Made by a program: the position numbers and the translations under genes. The notes under the pieces were generated by a model, which was given only the letters and a program-made list of their open reading frames with translations, did no database searches and was not told where the DNA came from. Below are positions 9,161 through 16,567 of a DNA stretch of 24,159 nucleotides, piece by piece. The stretch's first letter is position 1, and each line of letters opens with the position of its first letter. Source of the stretch: an uncultured virus (IMG/VR IMGVR_UViG_3300050010_000596) (lineage: Duplodnaviria > Heunggongvirae > Uroviricota > Caudoviricetes); the IMG/VR virus record IMGVR_UViG_3300050010_000596. One strand, given 5' to 3'.

Positions 9161-12100
9161 TTTTGTATTACCACGGGGTCATTGACGCCGATCTCGCCGT
9201 GCATGTAGGCGTTGATGGCATCTTGCTTGCTGTGGAAATAAGCCGGTCGTTTCCCTTCCTTGGGAGGCCGGGTAGCACTGAACAAACCTCCAATATACTC
9301 TTCTTCGGGGAAGTGCACAGGGGTCTTGAAGTCGGTGGGCGAGATCAGGTTCTTGCTGGGGAGCATCCGCTCCAGCGCCTCCTTCACCGCCTCGGGACCC
9401 ACGGGAACGTGGTAGTTCATCGCGTCCCCGTCGAAATCCGCGTTGAAACCCTTGCAGATCATGGGGCTCACCTGGAGCGTGTGGTTCTTGCTGAGCACCG
9501 GGTGGAAAGCCATGATGCCGAACTTGTGCAACACCGGGGCCCGGTCGATGTACACCGGCCGCTCGTCCAGTTCCTTGACCAGCTCTTCGCGCGCTAGAGG
9601 GGTGTGTTCGCGGACGTTGCGGGCGGCTTCACCGAGGGGCAAGCCTCGCCGCTTGAGTCGGCGGACGATGAACATCTTGTAGAGGTCCCAGGCGCGGGGC
9701 TCCGGCAGGCCGACCTGATCCATGTCGAGGTCAGGGTTTGGCGTGATCGCTGCGCGGCCAACCAAGTCAACAGCGGAAGATAGAAGCCGTCGTTGGACGG
9801 TGCCGTACTTAGGCGAGCTGCCGAAGATATGTTTAAGAACGCCGCCAACTTGCTTCTCCTGGAGTTTGGGGTGCAAGGGGTCGCCCAATCCGGTGACGGC
9901 CTTGAAGGAATCATACAACGCCAGTCGCTCGGCGCCTACGTCGCTGACGCTCTTCTTCATCTCGCGCAAGTTGTCGCGGGCCTCGATCAGCTCCTTGTAT
10001 AGGTAGTTGGCGTCGGCCACCAGGGGCATGTTGTTCTGCATCAACGACACCGGCCGGAAGGTCGGCGGTAAGACTGGTACCTTGTTCAACAGCCACTCAC
10101 TGGGGTGAATGCCCAGGGCGTCCGCCGACTTGAGGTAGCCCAGCTTGCGGACTGCCTGATCGCGGATCGTCGCTCGACCGCCTGCCACCTGGGCGCGGGC
10201 TGCTGCAATTGCCTTGGGAATGTTGACCGCCTCCAGGGCCCGCTGAAGTGCTTGCGGCCCCGTACCCCAGTTGCCCAGGTGTTCACTCCCAGCAAGGACG
10301 CCTCGGAACTGCTTCTCAGTCACGCCCAGGATACGGCGAATGGGTTCTTCCATCACCGGGTTCGGTAGCGGCTCATCGAGCTTGACATGCGCCCAACGGT
10401 TGCCGTTGTGGCCGCCCGTGAGGGTCTCGTCGAACAATCCACCGGCTACCGGCTTGAGCCGCTTGTCCCAGTGCACGGTGTGGCCGAACTGGATCTCGCG
10501 GCCTTCGGTCAGCTGATCCACGTCCTTGTCTGTGAGGGCCATGATGTGCGTCTTGTGCCCCTCATTGACGACGTTGATCCCGGCCGACTTCAGCTCGTTG
10601 ATGAACTTGGTGTAGACCTTCGGCACGGTGGGGTCGGGCGGTACGTTGCCCTGCATCCACTGCATCCAATACTCGGGGTTGGCCTGGCCTTTGATCAACG
10701 ACGCATCGCGGAGGACCTGGGTCGCTCCGTGGGCCAAGAGGGCGTTGGTGTCCATCATCGCCAGCCGCTTGCTTCCCGCCTCGCCGCCCTTGGAGGGTTC
10801 GCCTTGCTGAGTGTAGCCGCCCGTCCCGCGACTCTGGCCTTTGCCTTCAGCGGTGTGGTGCAGCTTCATGTAATGCCGCATACCGACCAGGATGCCTTGA
10901 CCGTCCTCGCCGGTGATCTTGCGACCTGTGGCTGGATCGACGGCTGCTTCACGGAAAGGCACGTTGTGCTGTCGTAGCTCGTTGAGCACGAACTGGGTCA
11001 TCTGCCCGTGATTCTGGAAGTCGGGGATCTTATAGGGCTGGCCGGTCTTGGCGACGATTTTCCCCAGCACTGCCTCCATTACCTGGGAGGGATTGGTACG
11101 GCTGATGATGCCGGTCGGGTTGACCAGGATCTCGAAGGGCTTACCCCGCGTGTCGTGCGGCATCTGGTCGTCGGGGACGATGGAAGAGATCACACCCTTG
11201 TCGCCATAGCGGCCGCTGAGCTTGTCGCCGACCTGAGTCGTGAACACTGACTTCACCAGCACCGTGGGGCCATGCTTGCCCATCACCACGTCGGTGACCA
11301 CGCCCGGCGACTCGTGCTTCCAGGTGAGCGAGGCATCGGCCCAACCGCGTGCTCCCTTCTTATGCACGCGGTTGTAGCCTTCGGCGCGCTGCTGGGCGGC
11401 GACCACCAAGGGATCGCCATAATTGAGAGTGGTGCCTGGCTTGACCACGCCCTGGTTGTCCAAGGTGGCCACCTGCTCGCGGTTGAACTTGCCGGGGAAC
11501 AGCGACAAGTAGGGCCGCTTGCCCGGCTTGTGGTCCTCGGTGTACTCCATCGCGTGCTGATACATGTGCTCCGACGACATCCGCTTGGAGAAGGACTCGC
11601 TGATCACCACCGCATCCTTGGTGTTCAGTCCCTTGAAGGGGAGGTAGGCCACATACGCATTCTTTCCGAGAGCTGTAGTACCGGTCTTGTCGGTGAAGTT
11701 CGAGTGTGCAAGGAGCTGTCCAGGCTCAACCCGATCTCCCGGCTTGACAACTGCTGTCTGGTGAATGTAAGTCTTGCGATTAAAGGGGAAGTTGTTGTAG
11801 AGGTCGAGCGTCTCTTTGGCCCCATCGGCGTGCTGGAGCGTAACTCCATCAGCATCAACAGACAGGACCCGAGCAGGGCCGCTACCGTTAAAGTGTAGAG
11901 CGCCCATGTGTTTGCCATACTCTTCCTCGAAGCTGCGCCCCGGCGTCTCGGGAATACCGGACTGGACCCAGGGCGCTTCGGGGTCGGCGACCGGTAAGGC
12001 CTGCGTGAGATAACGACTACCCATCGCCACCCGCTGCCCCTTGGTCATCATCTTCATGGGGATCATGTTCGACAGCGACGACATGCCGTGCTCCATCGAC

Positions 12101-13596
12101 GGCAGCACCAGATCTACCTGGTCTTTGCGGACGTAGTGCATCTGCCCGCCCTGGATCGCCCGCACCCGTTTGCCCGGCTGCTCCATTTCGCCAGGAAACG
12201 CCACAGCCAGATCGGCCACATCTTCGGGGGAGCGAAGTACGGCCTTGCCCGTTTGCGGGTTGACGAACTGCGAATAGAGTTTGCCATCGCTGCCCTTCTT
12301 GGCCCCACGGGCGATCTGAATATCGACACCCACCTTGAACGATTCGGGAGTCCGCAAGGGGTCCATGAAGCCGAAGTGCGAAGGCTGCACGCTGCGGGCC
12401 TCGTCGGGCACGGCGTCCATGGAGGGAATGCCTCCTTCGCCCAGCCGCGAGATGCGGGCTTGCTTGTCGAGCAAGTCAGCGGGGTTCACCTCTTCCAGGT
12501 GCTGTCCCAGCCCGGAGTGCAGCAGGGCGGCTTCGACTTGGCGGTTCAAGGCATTGACCGGCACGCGGCTGAGGTTCCCGGCGAAGCTGGCCTGCATCAG
12601 CAGCTTGCGGCGAACGCCGCCGTAGTCCCGCCGCAGACGCTCGGAAATCAGATCCTCGGGCCCATGGACGGTCTGGTTGGCCAAATGGTCGCGGTCGTCC
12701 ACCTCGGTCTCTCCTCGGGAGATTGCCAGCAGCTTCCGCGTGGTGTCCAGGATCGGCTCCAGACCCATGTGGGCATGGGGCTTGCCCAGCGTCCGCTGGC
12801 TGACCTTGGGGTCCAGCTCCATCTTCTCGAAGGCCGCCCGCAAGGTGTCATGCTTCTCACGGTCGTCGGCATTGGGATCGAGCTTGCGGGCCAGCTTGGC
12901 CACCAGCTTGTTGAGATTGGCCGGATTGTCCGTCTGCATGTTGGCCTGGTACAGCTTGGGACCCCAGGCTTCCATCAGCTGGCTGTCCTTGGCTCCCAGC
13001 GCCCGCATCAAGGGCATGATGGGAATCTTGGACTGCTCAATGTTGAGGTAGAAGATTCCCTTATCAGGGTCCAGGTGGTAGCGGTGGCTGGGGCCCTTGC
13101 CGGGCAAGATGTTGGCGTGGGCTTCGATCTCGCCGTTGTCCTTGATGCGGGAGTAGACGCCCGGCCGCAGCCGCTGCTGGTTGATGAGGGCCAAGTCGCT
13201 GCCGCCGTGCACGGTGGTGCCCCGTGGGGTCCACCAGGGGATGTGGGCGATGGTCTGCTTGCTCTGGTCGAGCACCTCGCCCGTGGCCTTGTCTACCAGC
13301 TCCCAGGTCCCCCGCAGCTTGCGGCTGAGGGTCTGGCCAGTAAGTAGGGCCTGCTTTTCGTCCTTGAGGCGGTAGCTCTCGGGACCGGCGTATTCTACAT
13401 CCTTCAGCCGCAGGATATGTCGCTGGTTCTCCGTGGGCTCCATCTCCTGGGCAGCAGTCAGCGCATTGTCGAAGATTGCCTTCCGCGTGGCGGGGGCATC
13501 TCCGAAGGCACGAAGCGTCAGCGGTTGCTGCTTCTTCGGGGGAGTCGGAGGCGGACCTCCGAGCGCCGCAGAAGGCTGTCCTAGCACTCGGCTCAT
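9157..13596 (-). CDS. rpoBC: DNA-directed RNA polymerase, beta subunit fused to the N-terminal catalytic half of beta-prime (~1479 aa)
   Basis: Beta motifs: RISRLGEGG, SHFGFMDPLRTPES, GDKLSGRYGDKGVIS, YMKLHH, LKSAGINV. Beta-prime motifs: GGLFDE, VPVLPPTFRP, DRAPVLHKFGIMAF, FNADFDGDAMNYHVP. Start placed at ATG 13596 (GAGG 7 nt upstream). Confidence 0.95.
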   Translation of the reverse strand: MSRVLGQPSAALGGPPPTPPKKQQPLTLRAFGDAPATRKAIFDNALTAAQEMEPTENQRHILRLKDVEYAGPESYRLKDEKQALLTGQTLSRKLRGTWELVDKATGEVLDQSKQTIAHIPWWTPRGTTVHGGSDLALINQQRLRPGVYSRIKDNGEIEAHANILPGKGPSHRYHLDPDKGIFYLNIEQSKIPIMPLMRALGAKDSQLMEAWGPKLYQANMQTDNPANLNKLVAKLARKLDPNADDREKHDTLRAAFEKMELDPKVSQRTLGKPHAHMGLEPILDTTRKLLAISRGETEVDDRDHLANQTVHGPEDLISERLRRDYGGVRRKLLMQASFAGNLSRVPVNALNRQVEAALLHSGLGQHLEEVNPADLLDKQARISRLGEGGIPSMDAVPDEARSVQPSHFGFMDPLRTPESFKVGVDIQIARGAKKGSDGKLYSQFVNPQTGKAVLRSPEDVADLAVAFPGEMEQPGKRVRAIQGGQMHYVRKDQVDLVLPSMEHGMSSLSNMIPMKMMTKGQRVAMGSRYLTQALPVADPEAPWVQSGIPETPGRSFEEEYGKHMGALHFNGSGPARVLSVDADGVTLQHADGAKETLDLYNNFPFNRKTYIHQTAVVKPGDRVEPGQLLAHSNFTDKTGTTALGKNAYVAYLPFKGLNTKDAVVISESFSKRMSSEHMYQHAMEYTEDHKPGKRPYLSLFPGKFNREQVATLDNQGVVKPGTTLNYGDPLVVAAQQRAEGYNRVHKKGARGWADASLTWKHESPGVVTDVVMGKHGPTVLVKSVFTTQVGDKLSGRYGDKGVISSIVPDDQMPHDTRGKPFEILVNPTGIISRTNPSQVMEAVLGKIVAKTGQPYKIPDFQNHGQMTQFVLNELRQHNVPFREAAVDPATGRKITGEDGQGILVGMRHYMKLHHTAEGKGQSRGTGGYTQQGEPSKGGEAGSKRLAMMDTNALLAHGATQVLRDASLIKGQANPEYWMQWMQGNVPPDPTVPKVYTKFINELKSAGINVVNEGHKTHIMALTDKDVDQLTEGREIQFGHTVHWDKRLKPVAGGLFDETLTGGHNGNRWAHVKLDEPLPNPVMEEPIRRILGVTEKQFRGVLAGSEHLGNWGTGPQALQRALEAVNIPKAIAAARAQVAGGRATIRDQAVRKLGYLKSADALGIHPSEWLLNKVPVLPPTFRPVSLMQNNMPLVADANYLYKELIEARDNLREMKKSVSDVGAERLALYDSFKAVTGLGDPLHPKLQEKQVGGVLKHIFGSSPKYGTVQRRLLSSAVDLVGRAAITPNPDLDMDQVGLPEPRAWDLYKMFIVRRLKRRGLPLGEAARNVREHTPLAREELVKELDERPVYIDRAPVLHKFGIMAFHPVLSKNHTLQVSPMICKGFNADFDGDAMNYHVPVGPEAVKEALERMLPSKNLISPTDFKTPVHFPEEEYIGGLFSATRPPKEGKRPAYFHSKQDAINAYMHGEIGVNDPVVIQK
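11625..11918 (-). CDS. Candidate nested +1-frame ORF inside the RNAP gene (97 aa, hydrophobic N-terminus)
   Basis: GAGG 6 nt before ATG; MANTWALYTLTVAALLGSCLLMLMEL; RNAP-frame codons turn A/T-ending over this stretch. Confidence 0.35.
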   Translation of the reverse strand: MANTWALYTLTVAALLGSCLLMLMELRSSTPMGPKRRSTSTTTSPLIARLTFTRQQLSSREIGLSLDSSLHTRTSPTRPVLQLSERMRMWPTSPSRD

Positions 13597-13605
13597 CCTT
13601 GAACC
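13590..13605 (-). promoter_or_regulatory. CsrA/RsmA-type hairpin GGTTC-AAGGAT-GAGCC overlapping the RNAP start codon
   Basis: 5-bp stem (one G:U) with ANGGAN loop; contains ATG 13596. Confidence 0.6.
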
Positions 13606-13627
13606 TCTGCGCCTTTCAGGGTATAAC
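13599..13627 (+). promoter_or_regulatory. Sigma70-type promoter for the endonuclease VII gene
   Basis: TTGAAC (13599-13604), 17 bp, TATAAC (13622-13627). Confidence 0.6.
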
Positions 13628-13694
13628 AAACGAACTGGCCGAAAGCTACCAACTCTCGGCCAGTTCTCACCAATCGGGTTTTGGAGGAACCGTC

Positions 13695-14324
13695 ATGGCC
13701 AAGAAGAAGTGTACCAAGTGTGGAGTCGAAAAGCCACGCGATGCGTTCGATAAGAACCGCAACAAGCCCGATGGCCGACAGGCCTGGTGTAAGCTGTGTC
13801 GACAAAGCCACGTTAAATCTCCCCGCAGGCGGGCATACAAGCGTACCTACGACAAGGCCAATCGTGCAAAACACAAGAAAACAAATCGTACGTACTACCA
13901 GGCCAATCGCAAACGTATTCTGCTGAAACGACAAGACCAATCCTACAAAATCCGTGATCGCGACAGTGAACTGCGACGGCTGTATGGAATCAGCCTCGCA
14001 GAGTACGCCGAGCGGTACGAGGAACAACAAGGCCGCTGCAAGATATGCAAACAGCCAGAGACTGCCACGTTCCGTGGCCAGGTACTCAATTTGGCTGTGG
14101 ATCACGACCATGGGACTGGAAAGGTTCGAGGGTTGCTTTGTGTAAAATGTAATCACCTACTCGGCGCTGCAATGGACAGCACGACGATACTCGCCAGAGC
14201 CATCTTGTACCTGCGTGCTTCTCAGTCCTCTCCGGTTTCATCCTCGTCCAATACGTCCCCGCCCAACTCCGTGGCACTGGGGGCCGGAGCCCCGGTCTGC
14301 GTCACCGGCACCGGCCGGGCGTAA
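13695..14324 (+). CDS. Free-standing homing endonuclease of the endonuclease VII (His-Me) family with an N-terminal Zn-finger
   Basis: RBS GGAGG then MAKKKCTKCGVEKPRDAF...WCKLC; YGISLAEY...QQGRCKIC...LAVDHDHGTGKVRGLLCVKCNHLLG; A-rich and inverted relative to neighbours. Confidence 0.92.
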   Translation: MAKKKCTKCGVEKPRDAFDKNRNKPDGRQAWCKLCRQSHVKSPRRRAYKRTYDKANRAKHKKTNRTYYQANRKRILLKRQDQSYKIRDRDSELRRLYGISLAEYAERYEEQQGRCKICKQPETATFRGQVLNLAVDHDHGTGKVRGLLCVKCNHLLGAAMDSTTILARAILYLRASQSSPVSSSSNTSPPNSVALGAGAPVCVTGTGRA

Positions 14325-15169
14325 ATGGGGGCGGGCCGCATGGTGGCCATCTCCCGCCGATGCTGCTTCTCGGCCTTGGCCAAGATCGCAGCCGGTTGGC
14401 GCTTCCTGAAGTAGTCGTAGGTGGCGTTGCCCGTCAGCCCGGCAATCGCGCCGCCCGTCAGCAAGTACACCCCCAAGGCCTTGCCGATGGCTCCTTGGCC
14501 AAACCCCCGCTTCTGCATCTCGGCGGCGACCTTCTCCCAGGCGTCCGCCAGCCGATCCAGCTCGGCCCCTAATTGTTGGCCTGCCGTCTTCTCTCCGGCC
14601 GTCTTGTGCTCCTGCTGTTGCAGCAAGGCCTGCTCATAGTCCTGGCGGGCCTTGGCCAGCTCCGTTTGCCGCGAAGACTTGTTCTGCCGTTTGAGCAGGT
14701 AGTTCATCAGCTTATAGCCGCCCACGGTGCCCGCCCCCAGCGAGGCCCCCATCGTGGCCAGCCCCAGGGGATGGCTAGCCAGATCGGTAGCGTAGTCGCC
14801 GTGCATGATCTGCCCCGCCGTGTCGGTGATACTGTCCAGCAGCCCAGCGTTCTTGCGACGGGGCATCTTGGGCGGCAAAGGCGCAGACGGAGAGCGGGGC
14901 GGCCCTGCGGCGGCCATCTTCTTCTTGTGGTTCTGCTCTTCCGGGTAGGGGATGTCCGAGATCACCGGCGAGTAAGGCGAGTATAGGGTGCGCGGCGGAT
15001 CAGTGAGGTTCCGGCGCAGCAAGTTGGCCAGGCCCATCAGCCCCGCCCCGCCCGCACCGGCCGCCCCGCCCAGCATCATCCACTTGGGAATGCTGCTGGT
15101 CAGGCCCTCGTTGAGGATCTGCGAGCGTTGTTCACGAACTGACTTGGCCATTTCTTCCAGGCTGGGCAT
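14222..15169 (-). CDS. Hypothetical protein (315 aa) with three glycine-rich hydrophobic segments separated by K-x-A motifs
   Basis: LGGAAGAGGAGLMG, LGLATMGASLGAG, LGVYLLTGGAIAG; KKMAA, RKNAG, HKTAGEKTAG, EKVAA; GGAG RBS. Confidence 0.8.
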   Translation of the reverse strand: MPSLEEMAKSVREQRSQILNEGLTSSIPKWMMLGGAAGAGGAGLMGLANLLRRNLTDPPRTLYSPYSPVISDIPYPEEQNHKKKMAAAGPPRSPSAPLPPKMPRRKNAGLLDSITDTAGQIMHGDYATDLASHPLGLATMGASLGAGTVGGYKLMNYLLKRQNKSSRQTELAKARQDYEQALLQQQEHKTAGEKTAGQQLGAELDRLADAWEKVAAEMQKRGFGQGAIGKALGVYLLTGGAIAGLTGNATYDYFRKRQPAAILAKAEKQHRREMATMRPAPIYARPVPVTQTGAPAPSATELGGDVLDEDETGED

Positions 15170-15172
15170 GTT

Positions 15173-15550
15173 TTACTCCATGAAGGGCAGGCGACTCTGC
15201 GGAACCTCCATCGCAGGCTCCGTATATTCGACGTAGGCGACCATCGGAAACGATCCATCCGGCTGTTGCACCCGCTCCACCTTCCGCATCAGACAACGGT
15301 AGAGACGATTCAGGCAGCCGTCGATGATCGTACGGTACTCTTGTAGCTGTTCGGGGATGCTGAGGTTGAACTCCTTGATATAGACCTCGTGCACGACCTC
15401 GGCCAGGGCCTGGAACTCTTCTTCCTTGAGCATGTGCGGGCGGCCTCGGTAAGGCATCCCGTCGATGTTGGCACGATGGAAGGAGAGGGGACCACGCCCA
15501 TTGCCTTTGAGGATCTTTTCGTCTTGTGCATACTTCAGGAAACTGCTCAT
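15173..15550 (-). CDS. Hypothetical protein (125 aa)
   Basis: ATGA overlap with the upstream gene; globular-looking sequence. Confidence 0.8.
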   Translation of the reverse strand: MSSFLKYAQDEKILKGNGRGPLSFHRANIDGMPYRGRPHMLKEEEFQALAEVVHEVYIKEFNLSIPEQLQEYRTIIDGCLNRLYRCLMRKVERVQQPDGSFPMVAYVEYTEPAMEVPQSRLPFME

Positions 15551-15990
15551 ACCAGGTCTCGATAGGCGCTCCGGTGCTGACCTTTCGCGGCCCGCTGCTT
15601 TTCGGCGTCCGCTGTGTTAGCGCGCGTGGCTTGCATCGCCAATCGATAGGCGTCCACCTTCTCTTGGGTCTTGAGGTCGTCCGGGGACTCGTCGCTGCCG
15701 CCCGTGAGCTTGGCCAAGCCATAGCCGCCTACGGCTCCGAGGGCGGGCGGGGCCAGCAACGCGGCCGGGATGCCATAGGACAAGGCCGAGGTGGCCATGG
15801 ATTGCCCCATGTCCATGCCTTTGCCGGTCAACATTTTCAGCCCCGAGATGATGTCGTCGAGAATGGCGGTCTTCTGTAACGTATCCGCAGCGGTCTTCAC
15901 CCGGTGGACGGTCTCTTCGATTGTCAGACCCTGATCGACGCAGTGCATCAGCATTGCAACCTTCAGGGATTCCCTTGCGGTAAGTGCCAT
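15547..15990 (-). CDS. Hypothetical protein (147 aa) with VKTAA/QKTA motifs and one hydrophobic segment
   Basis: RBS GGAGG; GIPAALLAPPALGAVGGYGLA. Confidence 0.8.
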   Translation of the reverse strand: MALTARESLKVAMLMHCVDQGLTIEETVHRVKTAADTLQKTAILDDIISGLKMLTGKGMDMGQSMATSALSYGIPAALLAPPALGAVGGYGLAKLTGGSDESPDDLKTQEKVDAYRLAMQATRANTADAEKQRAAKGQHRSAYRDLV

Positions 15991-15994
15991 CTCT

Positions 15995-16006
15995 GTCCTC
16001 CGTGAC
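15995..16006 (-). promoter_or_regulatory. CsrA/RsmA-type hairpin GTC-ACGGAG-GAC enclosing the RBS of the 147-aa gene
   Basis: Perfect 3-bp stem, 4 nt before ATG 15990. Confidence 0.6.
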
Positions 16007-16540
16007 TTAGGGCACGACGATGCGTGGTTTCTTTACTTCGGCGGCCGGTTTGGCCTTGGGCATATTGGGCCGTTGGACGCCCTTGTGCGGGTCCTTCTTG
16101 GCGGCCCGCGCGGGAGCAAACTCCAGCGAGCTGTTGGCAGGCATGGGCATGATCTTGGGACGACGACGGCGGCGTTCTTCGGCCACGTCGTGCATGTCGT
16201 CCAGCGGACCGCCCTGGGTCTTGGCTTGCTTGATCACCGGCTCCATGTCGGAGACGAACTTCTGCATGCGGTTGACTTCGTCGCCCATCAGCCCTTGCTT
16301 GCGGGTGTTGTGCACCATCTGGCTAAGGCCTAGCACGCGGTAGGCAGCTTCTTGCCAAGGCATCGAGCCGTAGCTGTTGTCCTTGCTGTCTTCCCAGTGC
16401 ACCAGCCCCCGCTCGGCCCAGTAGCGGACCACGGAGCCTTTGCCCCAGAGCGGAAACTGCTTGGCGACGTTGGCGTCGAAATTGGTGTAGATGTTCGCGC
16501 CTCGGGGGGCGCGAGAGCGGGTCAAGATGTGCTTTTCCAT
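16007..16540 (-). CDS. Hypothetical protein (177 aa) with basic C-terminal tail
   Basis: ORF in the minus-strand array with biased codon use. Confidence 0.8.
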   Translation of the reverse strand: MEKHILTRSRAPRGANIYTNFDANVAKQFPLWGKGSVVRYWAERGLVHWEDSKDNSYGSMPWQEAAYRVLGLSQMVHNTRKQGLMGDEVNRMQKFVSDMEPVIKQAKTQGGPLDDMHDVAEERRRRRPKIMPMPANSSLEFAPARAAKKDPHKGVQRPNMPKAKPAAEVKKPRIVVP

Positions 16541-16565
16541 CCTTGGAACCGAAGTCCTTCCTTGG
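16535..16565 (-). promoter_or_regulatory. Tandem CsrA/RsmA-type sites CC-AAGGAA-GG and TTCC-AAGGAT-GGAA, the second overlapping ATG 16540
   Basis: Two CANGGANG matches, the second with a perfect 4-bp stem; a C-UUCG-G element lies between them. Confidence 0.6.
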
Positions 16566-16567
16566 GT

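Noticed and set aside
9594..9914. Further +1-frame ORFs in RNAP (also 10086-10295) over mildly A/T-rich patches
   Set aside because: Mostly Ser/Arg/Pro/Thr off-frame composition and weak starts
4295..13596. Ordinary cellular rpoB-rpoC operon
   Set aside because: Fused/split layout, strong divergence, loss of Zn sites, and no rplL, rpsL or nusG neighbours
13597..13629. TTG start at 13629 for RNAP
   Set aside because: ATG 13596 has a properly spaced GAGG and the shared start hairpin; the extension overlaps the divergent promoter
13593..14156. 187-aa minus ORF ending in an ATGA overlap with the RNAP start
   Set aside because: Codon-aligned reverse complement of the endonuclease VII gene with no RBS or motif; a translational-coupling role cannot be excluded but is unsupported
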